DNA of 64,000 nucleotides from Candidatus Methanomethylicia archaeon (GTDB lineage: Archaea > Thermoproteota > Methanomethylicia > Culexarchaeales > Culexarchaeaceae): NCBI GenBank assembly GCA_038727515.1, contig JAVYVS010000001.1, positions 64,001-128,000 of the forward strand, in the 5' to 3' direction. The stretch's first letter is position 1. Each line of letters opens with the position of its first letter. Of this stretch, positions 32,501 to 42,012 are shown piece after piece. A program made the position numbers and the translations under genes. The notes under the pieces are model-generated. The model saw only the letters and a program-made list of their open reading frames with translations. It was not told the DNA's origin and did not search any database.

Positions 32501-32679
32501 AAAGGAATCTTAAAATACAGGATAAACAACAGCGTAAGAAAGTAATTGAAAGTTGGGTTAAAAGACTTATGGAAGATTATGATGTATTATGTAAAATAGA
32601 TGTAGATATGATCACTTTCTTAGAACAGTTCTTCTCAACTCTGATGCTTTATAGATCCGCTCTAAGGGGTGTGGAGTAA
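29596..32679 (+). CDS. cas10: Cas10/Cmr2 with HD and cyclase palm domains
   Basis: LLHDPP, PADTR, QKFISSSRKLSDLWASS, Zn-binding CSVC/CPYC, SDGDNLG, YAGGDDL. Confidence 0.97.
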   Translation: MNENIFAYKVACLLHDPPNKAWLLKNNKDHVKEAKHIAEGILENTCFKEVVKHMEDIVKPADMLASSIDRWLLSKIVGKEYHLFPVKEIKLKNIFNPKFSQKIEEEQPSIDEFIKSLRDLIKYISDPRLAYHVLYASYEAIWIQLGLPSGPADTRAPSHSVFDHNYATTSMMNWLLGKREPKGILLYIDLGGPQKFISSSRKLSDLWASSYLASALAWSIFWIFLRVLGPDIMVLPTCRGNPFYYHSLISELIKNGVDKVVIEKVKRISIEYTGYDPDRDKIPRYAVIPVTATLMLPELEQLKEIDCFKEIEFMRGYEGLEEFVEKKYQEIWRNIYDKIIEKCKELQNELGQLSVEIVRLLQECKNFGFDKTPPLPIRVIALDTNRLYQLGSQDKDSYTLYHNMFKLLAYEEGKRKIYKFRPEEDLKLFEMTSQPIKTWPKESERGFEYCSVCGRLPAIIILPSKEDEYKKYLKIELEPIFGMGERLCPYCLIKRLISINQILKLVVDELIGRIVEELPSFRFPSVSDIAIMPFKKSFITNSMKIDNFRELANELSEWIDEIWRKMIEKGLPLGGKIIGREPMIYTEIELAEKIKNLKSSELKRNLEAILFADSETLFLATHKIRKDKGEEYYSPRRDWLELRKKIYGNKEMAKHMNLEREKIEDLNTYYAIIRSDGDNLGKMIRGKVKEGFRITIKDYLCNMLEGDSAKVVKAILNNDYEHAKKICKQYNVENVDEKIKDVTELINRLLNEDGIIISPSYHSALSRALIVNAVIDKEIIDEYDGVTIYAGGDDLLAITPVKNSLNAVQKLRERFSFPSEFKGFYQKKNYLIPSLVTASRSFCIYFTHYMFPLYAVMGRSAELLEEVAKESKWIVSNDEKREKDALILVYSPRGGEAYSLLPLSDIKVPDQNLAKSLKYINELISNMEESREFSFSLIYDFNENFQTIKLLINRNSRDLLEKLMKTIFERNLKIQDKQQRKKVIESWVKRLMEDYDVLCKIDVDMITFLEQFFSTLMLYRSALRGVE

Positions 32680-33743
32680 TGAGTGAGGTAGTATCAATGA
32701 GTTTCAGAATACTCGAACCAATGATGTTTCGCGGCCCAGGGGAATTTGATCCATATGTTAGAGGTACCTATAGTAGAGCCACAACTTTAGCAATGCCCTC
32801 CCCCTCAACAATAGCAGGCGTTCTAGCAACGTACTGTATTTCAGTATTAGGTATACCCGCACCCAGCTATGGAGACTGGCTTGAACGATATCATGCTGTC
32901 TTAGGAAACGACGTACGAATAAAAGGGCCGTTAATTAAGTTTAATGGTAAGATTATGGCTGAAGATAAATTACTTAATGGTTTTCTAGAAATGGAAAAGG
33001 TAAAGCAAAAATGTGAAATGGAATATAAGAAGCTAGCTAATAAGCCTAATCTACTAGAGAAACTCTATGAGCATCTTAGTGGGAAAAAGGAAAAATTTAA
33101 GCCTAGCATCAAGCTGAGGAAAGATGTAAGAATAGGTGTTGGACTAGAGATAAGAGGAGATGTTCCTATGAAGAGTGTGAAAGAAGGTTTCATTTATACT
33201 GCTGAATACATAGATTATATGAGAATTACGAACAAGAAACCTAAGAGAACTTCCGTGGAAATTGTAGCAGAAATCAGAGGCAAACTCGTTGAAAATTTAC
33301 TTTCAATCCGAGCACTACCTGTTAAGTTAGGTGGAGAAGGCAGAATAGCTCTTCTTTCCTTCCAAAGTGGAGAAAGAATTCTAGAAGAGATTAAAAAGTT
33401 TTGGAAAGATCAAGAAAGATATCAAGGACTCTTAGCTTTGTACTTAGCTACTCCAGCTCTCTTTAAAGGAGGTAAAAGAGTGGAAGAATACGTGAAAAAC
33501 TGGGTGAAACATATTAATTGCAGATTTATGGGTATTAGTGGAGAATCTACAGTACTTGGCGCTGGTTTCATGATAGATGAGAAAAGAAGAAAACCAATTT
33601 ACACTTCGTTAAATCCCGGCAGTATCATATTTGTAGAGGGAAGTTTAAATCTTCTAGAAATTTATCGAGACAAACTACTAGGTGAAGCTAGCACATTAGG
33701 TTATGGTACCATTCTACCTATACCAATTACACCTATTAATTAA
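32679..33743 (+). CDS. cmr3: Type III-B Cmr3
   Basis: LEPMMFR, PSPSTIAG, LGGEGR, LYLATPA, LGYG. Confidence 0.94.
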   Translation: MSEVVSMSFRILEPMMFRGPGEFDPYVRGTYSRATTLAMPSPSTIAGVLATYCISVLGIPAPSYGDWLERYHAVLGNDVRIKGPLIKFNGKIMAEDKLLNGFLEMEKVKQKCEMEYKKLANKPNLLEKLYEHLSGKKEKFKPSIKLRKDVRIGVGLEIRGDVPMKSVKEGFIYTAEYIDYMRITNKKPKRTSVEIVAEIRGKLVENLLSIRALPVKLGGEGRIALLSFQSGERILEEIKKFWKDQERYQGLLALYLATPALFKGGKRVEEYVKNWVKHINCRFMGISGESTVLGAGFMIDEKRRKPIYTSLNPGSIIFVEGSLNLLEIYRDKLLGEASTLGYGTILPIPITPIN

Positions 33744-33870
33744 GCATCGAGAATCATAAATCTTTTTCGCCTCTTCACAATCTTTCGGAAATTCTTTACA
33801 CAAATTATGTCATTGGTAAAAAGAAAAGATTATAAAATGAGAAAATTTAAAGATTATACACATTTTCTAA

Positions 33871-36800
33871 CCTTCAATACCCTTTGTTAGGTTCGGATGA
33901 CCCAAGAGAAAACTACATAATAACCTACATTTTCTTTCAATACCCTTTGTTGGGTTCTCAAGCTTGATGAACATTGAAGGCTGAAAACAATCCATAACTT
34001 TCAATTCCCTTTGTTGGGTTCTGCTGCTTTCAACTCTGACGCTGCCAATGCCTATACATTGCTTTCAATTCCCTTTGTTGGGTTCAAATACTATTAGTAC
34101 ATAGTATGTTTTGGGGTGATTAAACTTTCAATTCCCTTTGTTGGGTTCTCCACTCGAAAACAAGCACGATAGTTCACTCTGCAGTGAACCTTTCAATTCC
34201 CTTTGTTGGGTTCTGACTACATACAGTATTTGTTTCAAATCCGAAACCAGTACTTTCAATTCCCTTTGTTGGGTTCCCTTGAGCGTGCTCGTGAAGGCTG
34301 AGCTGAACCTGTCTTTCAATTCCCTTTGTTGGGTTCATACATAAAGGCGGTGGTGTAAAATGAGTGTAAATATATCCTTTCAATTCCCTTTGTTGGGTTC
34401 GCCTGAGTATGTACGTGAAGAAGCTAAAAGGATTTTAGAAGGCTTTCAATTCCCTTTGTTGGGTTCCCAGACTTCGATAATAGTGGATACAGCTTCATTG
34501 GACTTCTTTCAATTCCCTTTGTTGGGTTCACCGAGAAAGAACCAATCTATTATAAAACTGCTACGAATACTTTCAATTCCCTTTGTTGGGTTCTAGCCTT
34601 CAAACCTAACCTTGCCAATAGGCTTATATATCTTTCAATTCCCTTTGTTGGGTTCAGGTGATTATCTAGTAATTGAAGTGGAATCAAGATTTGACTTTCA
34701 ATTCCCTTTGTTGGGTTCCTAATAGTTAAGAAGCATGCATTGACAAGCAGACATGTACTTTCAATTCCCTTTGTTGGGTTCCTACATTTACCGATACAAC
34801 AAAAAGTGGGTGGTCCAATTCTTTCAATTCCCTTTGTTGGGTTCTGCATTAATAATAGTCATAAACGCTACTACAGCATCAAATGCTTTCAATTCCCTTT
34901 GTTGGGTTCAAGGGGTTACCGAAATGAGTGTTGGAGAAAAAATTCTGCACTTTCAATTCCCTTTGTTGGGTTCAGCCAAAACATGTTTGTGAATATGCCC
35001 ATGACACTCCAAACTTTCAATTCCCTTTGTTGGGTTCGGACGTCATTGGCTTAATATGGCAGTCGTTATTTCTGAGTCCTTTCAATTCCCTTTGTTGGGT
35101 TCTCCTGATGATTTTCTCAACGTTCTTGTATGCAGTTGCATACGCTTTCAATTCCCTTTGTTGGGTTCGCTCCCCCCTCAAATATTCTATTAGTCCCTTC
35201 TCATCTTTCAATTCCCTTTGTTGGGTTCTATAATAGTGAACCACGAACTGTTATCAACATATACTTTCAATTCCCTTTGTTGGGTTCGGGATACTCTGAC
35301 AATCTAGACGACTACGTAATCATCTTTCAATTCCCTTTGTTGGGTTCATAGCTTTCAACAAGTGTTAAACCGCATTTACCTATAATTCTTTCAATTCCCT
35401 TTGTTGGGTTCTTAGACTTGTGGGAACTATAGATTTAATGATTGAAACATACTTTCAATTCCCTTTGTTGGGTTCTGAATTCGAGGGTAACCTTGTCTCC
35501 GTAGCCGTAAAATGGCGCTTTCAATTCCCTTTGTTGGGTTCGAAGTAAAGAGGAATGTTGATTCCAACATCAGATAGGCTTTCAATTCCCTTTGTTGGGT
35601 TCCCTCCTAAGCCTCCACTCTTCCTCCTCCCTCTCCATCCTCCCTTTCAATTCCCTTTGTTGGGTTCGTCACAGATGCAAAGAGGATTGTGCAAGCCTGG
35701 ATGCCTTTCAATTCCCTTTGTTGGGTTCAGACTACTCAGTACAATCCATATTATTCCGCCAATACTTCTTTCAATTCCCTTTGTTGGGTTCGTATAAGTC
35801 CAAGTAAGATTGCAGCTGGAAACATGAATCTTCTTTCAATTCCCTTTGTTGGGTTCGTATGGGCTTCATCTAGCCCCTCCCGAAGGCGAATACGTATTCT
35901 TTCAATTCCCTTTGTTGGGTTCTTATGCCTACACTTATCAAGGGATGCAGCCTACGCCACTTTCAATTCCCTTTGTTGGGTTCTTATTTCATCCACGATC
36001 TCAGCCTTCAAGCCTTCAACGTCTTTCAATTCCCTTTGTTGGGTTCTGTGTCTAACGGGTGGCCGTGGAACGGGTGGCTGGAAGCTTTCAATTCCCTTTG
36101 TTGGGTTCTGGGATGATGTTGGAGTACACTTCCCAGCCACAAAGTATACTTTCAATTCCCTTTGTTGGGTTCATAGAGGTGGGGAGTATTGAGAAGCTTC
36201 TTGCCTACATCTTTCAATTCCCTTTGTTGGGTTCAAAATATTCGGAAGCGAAGTAACCGCAGGCGACGTAGTAGGACTTTCAATTCCCTTTGTTGGGTTC
36301 AAAGTAAAGCTTGAATTATACTATGATAATGAAAAACTATACTTTCAATTCCCTTTGTTGGGTTCAGCATATCTAGACCTAGTGGCTTTATCAGCAATAA
36401 ATCTTTCAATTCCCTTTGTTGGGTTCTAGAAGAGGAAGGAATGGATATAAGTGATTATGTTGTTATCTTTCAATTCCCTTTGTTGGGTTCATGCTCCAAG
36501 CCTTAAGCTTCTGATCGTTTGGCGGCAGACTTTCAATTCCCTTTGTTGGGTTCCATTATTAGTGGTGGAAGCGTTCCAGGCACATTTATCCTCTTTCAAT
36601 TCCCTTTGTTGGGTTCCTCCTCCTAGGATTCTATGGCAGCTGGAGGGATATATATACTTTCAATTCCCTTTGTTGGGTTCATGGCACAGTTGTGGCAGTC
36701 GGATGTCGCCACCGCCGTGCAACTTTCAATTCCCTTTGTTGGGTTCGTTCAAGTGAGACATTGAATACTTTGCTTAACATCATGAACTTTCAATTCCCTT

Positions 36801-37644
36801 TGTTGGGTTCAAGATAATGGTGCTAACGGGATACATGGTTTTAAGAGTATCCTTTCAATTCCCTTTGTTGGGTTCCACCTTTAAACTCATATTTGCCAAG
36901 AGTTTCAACAAGTACTTTCAATTCCCTTTGTTGGGTTCTGGCTAGAAACGAGATTCAAAAGCATTTTTCAAGGGATGCTTTCAATTCCCTTTGTTGGGTT
37001 CGAACTTCAAGTTCGTGGTATTCGATGAAGTACATCATTCTTTCAATTCCCTTTGTTGGGTTCTTAAAAAGGTAGAGAGGCTTTTAGCAAATAAGTACAA
37101 AGTCTTTCAATTCCCTTTGTTGGGTTCGGAATTATACGTTAAAACTTATAGGGAGGTGTAAGTAGATGGTTACTTTCAATTCCCTTTGTTGGGTTCCTAA
37201 GCCAGTTTCACTAAAATTACACACTACTCGCTGTTCTTTCAATTCCCTTTGTTGGGTTCCTGCACTGTCAATTTCAAGTCCCGTCAACATTAACTTTAAC
37301 TTTCAATTCCCTTTGTTGGGTTCAGGCGAACTACACATTCCAGCTGCTGGGAGAGGTCCTCCACTTTCAATTCCCTTTGTTGGGTTCCCTAACTAGCTCT
37401 GGAACGTTCACGCTTGCAGCGTGGAAGTCTTTCAATTCCCTTTGTTGGGTTCTGATGGTGGGTTCATGGAGGATCCTAAAAGTATTATATAACTTTCAAT
37501 TCCCTTTGTTGGGTTCCACCTCCAAATTTGACTGCGAATCCCTTCCAACCACTCGACTTTCAATTCCCTTTGTTGGGTTCGGCGTCACGGCTTCACCTAT
37601 TATCTTGGCTTCATCCATGACTTTCAATTCCCTTTGTTGGGTTC
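33871..37644 (-). CRISPR. CRISPR array 3, ~60 repeats and 59 spacers
   Basis: CTTTCAATTCCCTTTGTTGGGTTC repeats (manual count); variant trailer repeats at 33871 and 33934; leader on the right. Confidence 0.99.
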
Positions 37645-37849
37645 CGATATTATTATTTCTTTTTTTGGTTTAAAAAGGTTTTTCTGATGGTTAATTGTAA
37701 TACACATCATGACACAAACAAAACTTGCATTAAATTAATGATCAAATGTACCAATTCATGATATAGTTCACTATAGAGTTATGCGTAAAATATTCGACAA
37801 TAGACGTAAAAGATTTCGACAATCCATAGTTCACCATAAGATAAACTAT
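37645..37849 (-). promoter_or_regulatory. CRISPR leader 3
   Basis: Closely similar to 543-747. Confidence 0.92.
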
Positions 37850-37857
37850 ACTTCCAT

Positions 37858-38526
37858 TTATGTTGTGTTTTTCACAAATAGTTTTGCTATTTTCTTCGAT
37901 TTTAAATGGTATTCTTTCCCTATTTTCTCATATTCTATTAATCCCATTTCAATTAGTTTTTTCACGATTTTATGTACACTACTTTTTGCCATTTTAAGTT
38001 TCTCTGAGAGTTTGCTTATGTTTATCCCCTCATTCTTCATGATGACCTCTAATGCACTTCTATATTCATCTTTTAATGGTGTTTGAATTCTAAAGACTTC
38101 TATTGGAAAGCTTAAGTATCCCTCAAGATTTTCCAATTCAACCTCAATCCTTCCTTCTAAACCAGTCAATATGGCTGCAGTAAGCAATTCGATGATTAAG
38201 CTCCTCATACCACCACTCAAATTGAGAATAACATCATAACCCATGTTTTTAAACTTCTTTAGTTGTTCACCGATCATGTAAACTGAAAGTTCAAAATCCT
38301 TTGTTGGAACTGAAACAACATGTAGACCAACACCCTCAAAATACCTTTTAACAAAATCCATTAAAATTTGTAAAGCCTTCTCCACCTTCTCAACAATGGG
38401 TTCAGCTGTAAAAACAACAATGACATCACCACTAGAAAGACCAGTCCTAAGAATACCACGAATAGCAAAACGCTCATCAAAACCCAAAGTCAAAACCAAA
38501 ACCTTCAAACACAACACCAAAAACAA
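37858..38526 (-). CDS. csa3: Csa3 CARF-wHTH transcriptional regulator
   Basis: TLGFDERFAIR, NLSGGMR, C-terminal wHTH; divergent from the I-A operon. Confidence 0.93.
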   Translation of the reverse strand: MFLVLCLKVLVLTLGFDERFAIRGILRTGLSSGDVIVVFTAEPIVEKVEKALQILMDFVKRYFEGVGLHVVSVPTKDFELSVYMIGEQLKKFKNMGYDVILNLSGGMRSLIIELLTAAILTGLEGRIEVELENLEGYLSFPIEVFRIQTPLKDEYRSALEVIMKNEGINISKLSEKLKMAKSSVHKIVKKLIEMGLIEYEKIGKEYHLKSKKIAKLFVKNTT

Positions 38527-38638
38527 TAATGGTAAAAGTACAATATAAAATGAACGATCAACAAAAAATATTAATAATGCATAAAAAAGAAAACAATATA
38601 TATTACTAAACTAAGATAATATTGAGGGATGTATTAAA

Positions 38639-39175
38639 ATGAGCGTTCATCAAATTACAGAATTACCTAAAGTTTTAGCATTACTCTTAGTTGAGCAGGG
38701 AAGCTATACATACATTGATAAATTAGCACAATCAGCTTCAAAAGATTTAGCATTATATCATATTAGAGAAGCATTAAGAGATTATCACTCATTATTAAGT
38801 AGAGGTATAAGCAATGATGAAGCAAAAATGACAGCTGACACGATAAATTTCTTAAAGATAGAAAATGAAATAAGAGATATAAATGAGACTTCATCAATTT
38901 CAGGTTTAAGAGAAAAACTTTCCTTTTTGTCAGCACAAGCCTTAGCTGAAGCTGCAAGAATAAGGACTAGGAGTACTTATGGCATTGGTCTTAAAATCTT
39001 AGAGTTTTTCAATAAGAAAGGAATATCTTTCACAGGTGTTGAGGATTTCAGGAAGGCTATAATGGATCAAATAAAAGAAATATCAAAGTCATTAAACATA
39101 GTAGAAGAAGATATTAGTGAAATTGCAGAAAACACATCATTGTTAAAAAGTTTATTAAGAAGAGGTGAAAAATGA
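38639..39175 (+). CDS. csa5: Type I-A small subunit Csa5 (Cas11)
   Basis: SYTYIDKL...ALYHIREALRDY; first gene before cas7. Confidence 0.8.
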   Translation: MSVHQITELPKVLALLLVEQGSYTYIDKLAQSASKDLALYHIREALRDYHSLLSRGISNDEAKMTADTINFLKIENEIRDINETSSISGLREKLSFLSAQALAEAARIRTRSTYGIGLKILEFFNKKGISFTGVEDFRKAIMDQIKEISKSLNIVEEDISEIAENTSLLKSLLRRGEK

Positions 39176-40188
39176 TGGTTTACATTTCTTTTAGAGGTAG
39201 AATATGGCTTCAAGCTGAAGCTGCAAACATGGTGGAAAGTGTTGGAAATTATGTTAAACACAGAAGAGTTCCAGTCTTAGTTAAGGAGGAAAATTCATAT
39301 TTGACTTTCTTTGTGCCTGCAATTTCTGGAGAAAGTATTGCACATTGTTATCAAACAATTTTGTCAGAAGAACTTTTAAAGTTAAATGAAGATGTATGTG
39401 ATTTTTGTAAGAAGGGACTATTTATTAAGAGTACTAATGCGGAAGTATATAGGGAAGCGTTCGGGAAAAATCCTCCAAAAGCTGGTAAAACGATAGAAGA
39501 AACCATGAAAGCAATAGACGAAATAGAGCAATCTATAGTGAGTGGGTGTGGTGTCGAAGATATTGGAGGCTTTCTGTATGCTGAGAATCCGAACGTCAAA
39601 AGAACTTCAAACTTCTTTGTGGGATACATGATTCCAGTAAGAGAAGTATTAAAAGGGGTTTCTATAGATCCACAACTTCATAGTAGGTATGCATTGGGAA
39701 CAAAGTTTATACAGGCTGGAGCAGGGGTTGCAGGTCAAATGATCTATTATGTTGAAGTATCATCAGCAGTATTTAACTTCTCATTTGATTTGGATACAAA
39801 ATTCATAGGCAGGTACACATTTCATTCCGATAATTATGGAAAACCTGTAATTAGTGATGATAAAATTAAGAAAAGGATTTTTGCAGCTTTAAATGCATTA
39901 CAGCATTTATTAATAGAGTTTCCAGTGGGGGCTAAGAGGACTAGATTTAATCCCTCAGATATAAGATGGGAATCTTTAGCTATAGCAATATCAGATGATG
40001 TATGGACAATACCCAGTAGTTTCACGCAAGACTATATAAACAGAGGAATAATGAAAAGAGAAAAAGTAAATTATAATACAGTAATTTACACGTATTCTGA
40101 AGAGAAACAAGAGAAAGTTAAATGGTATTCTACACCTGAACATGCAATTATCGATGCAATTAATGATGCAAAGGGTAGAGTTTCATGA
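39172..40188 (+). CDS. cas7: Type I-A Cas7 (Csa2/DevR)
   Basis: NMVESVGNYVKHRRVP, PAISGESIAH, EDIGGFL, GAKRTRF. Confidence 0.96.
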   Translation: MMVYISFRGRIWLQAEAANMVESVGNYVKHRRVPVLVKEENSYLTFFVPAISGESIAHCYQTILSEELLKLNEDVCDFCKKGLFIKSTNAEVYREAFGKNPPKAGKTIEETMKAIDEIEQSIVSGCGVEDIGGFLYAENPNVKRTSNFFVGYMIPVREVLKGVSIDPQLHSRYALGTKFIQAGAGVAGQMIYYVEVSSAVFNFSFDLDTKFIGRYTFHSDNYGKPVISDDKIKKRIFAALNALQHLLIEFPVGAKRTRFNPSDIRWESLAIAISDDVWTIPSSFTQDYINRGIMKREKVNYNTVIYTYSEEKQEKVKWYSTPEHAIIDAINDAKGRVS

Positions 40189-40967
40189 AGGGTTTCCTTT
40201 TTGATGTAGAATTCAATTGGGGATTTCAAGCTAGAATTGCAGGCATGTCAAAAACATCACCCTCATATATTTTTCCGCCACCAACAAGCATTTTAGGAGC
40301 TTTAAGCGAAGCATACGCCAGAAGAAAAGGTTTAAGTGAGAGTAAAAGTGTGGAAACCATGAATAGGTTATCTACAAAATTATTAGCACTGTCATATAAA
40401 TCTTTAAATGCTATTCCGATAACTTTTCAAGATATTAATAAGATTATTGCCATACGAATCGCAGCTGGTGTTGAATATCCATCGGCAAAAAATGTCTACG
40501 GATCTTTTGATGCACCGGCTAGAGGAAAAACTTTTCTTTCATCAATAGATGGTAGAACACCAACAATAAGAATTATGCTTGTTTTCAAAGATGATATTGA
40601 TATAACATCTGAAGATCTCTGGAAAATTAAAAGAATAGGTAGCAAAGAAAGTATGACTTCTACTGTAAATGTAATTGAAGAAAATCCTAAGATCGTAAGA
40701 GAGCCACCAATTATAACACAATATTTATTTCCGGTGATGGAAGGATTAGAGTATGATTTAGATGGAGAGTATGTAGAGCAAGATTTCGTTCCGGTTATAG
40801 GTCAACAAATAAAGGATTCTCCTTCCACTCTTTACTTATCATCTATGGTTGTAAAACATATAATTGGAGTACCTTTTAGAAATTTCTTTTTCAGGATTAG
40901 GAAATTACCTAAGGGATTTGTCGGTTATGAAATTAATGGGGAGGTGGCTATTGGGATTGAGGGTTGA
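40185..40967 (+). CDS. cas5: Type I-A Cas5
   Basis: WGFQARI...SY.FPPPTSILGAL, RIGSKES. Confidence 0.95.
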   Translation: MKGFLFDVEFNWGFQARIAGMSKTSPSYIFPPPTSILGALSEAYARRKGLSESKSVETMNRLSTKLLALSYKSLNAIPITFQDINKIIAIRIAAGVEYPSAKNVYGSFDAPARGKTFLSSIDGRTPTIRIMLVFKDDIDITSEDLWKIKRIGSKESMTSTVNVIEENPKIVREPPIITQYLFPVMEGLEYDLDGEYVEQDFVPVIGQQIKDSPSTLYLSSMVVKHIIGVPFRNFFFRIRKLPKGFVGYEINGEVAIGIEG

Positions 40968-42012
40968 AGTAATATCACCTCTAAATTCGTCTATACTTTC
41001 ATCCATGCTTTATGAGGGATTGCTGTTTATTAGGTCTGAATGTGGCGATGATGCAGATTTAGACTGTTTAAAGGAACTATGGGATAAAAAGAAAGACGTA
41101 CATTTCGATTTTGTTGGAAATGATAAAAAATATATTGATTTTATTAAAAATGCAAAAAGTTTTAATGATTTTGCTAAGTATATGAAAAGTATTATTCCTC
41201 AAGACTTAAACATCTATGTAAGTGTAAATCCTAAATTGCAACGTGTCTTTGTTGGATCAAAATCATTTGTTGAAAGTGGTAGAAAAAGTTATTCATTACA
41301 AATAATGAAGGTTGATAGATATATGGGCATTACAAGTACAGAACTTGGCATTACAAACAAAGAGGTAACAGTATATGCTGATTTAAATGGTATATACTTA
41401 TTCTTCTTAGGGTTGATTTCAGCATATCTTACTTCAATAAGAGGAAAAGGAGTTAATGATTATTATTTCTTATTTTTTGATACAGGTGTACTTCCGTTTA
41501 TACTTAGAAACCCTAAGAATTGGATGGTAATAAAGGAAAATATAGCCAATGAACTAAAGGATGTCTTAAACAAGTTGAAAAGTGTAGTGGATGAAATCAT
41601 AACGTTATCCGTGCTTTTGAATTCATTTGCGGTAAAAAGCATCAAAGAGCAAAATGTAAGATTCACAAGTCTAAGATTGGTAAAACTGAGTAACGAAGGG
41701 AACACATACAAAGTATATAATGATATGCCATTAGAAATATTTGTTGATCAAAAGATTTATATGAATGAAAAAGTTGTTGAAACGCTTCAGGGGGTCTTAA
41801 AAACATTAATTGATCCTGCATCTAAATTTGTAAATGGTGTTGACCAACAGGGCGATGGATATCATGCCTATATGGCACTAAAATATCTGTACAGCTATGT
41901 GATGACAGGTAATAGTGAATATCTCGAAAAATGTTTTAGAGAAATTCATGAAGCAGATAGAATAAATCCAGAAAAAGGATATCTACTATGGGCCTCAAAG
42001 AAGCTTATTTGA
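40951..42012 (+). CDS. Type I-A large subunit (Cas8a/CsaX-like)
   Basis: Position between cas5 and cas3'; TTG at 40951 follows GAGGTGG RBS; product assigned mainly by synteny. Confidence 0.7.
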   Translation: MGLRVEVISPLNSSILSSMLYEGLLFIRSECGDDADLDCLKELWDKKKDVHFDFVGNDKKYIDFIKNAKSFNDFAKYMKSIIPQDLNIYVSVNPKLQRVFVGSKSFVESGRKSYSLQIMKVDRYMGITSTELGITNKEVTVYADLNGIYLFFLGLISAYLTSIRGKGVNDYYFLFFDTGVLPFILRNPKNWMVIKENIANELKDVLNKLKSVVDEIITLSVLLNSFAVKSIKEQNVRFTSLRLVKLSNEGNTYKVYNDMPLEIFVDQKIYMNEKVVETLQGVLKTLIDPASKFVNGVDQQGDGYHAYMALKYLYSYVMTGNSEYLEKCFREIHEADRINPEKGYLLWASKKLI

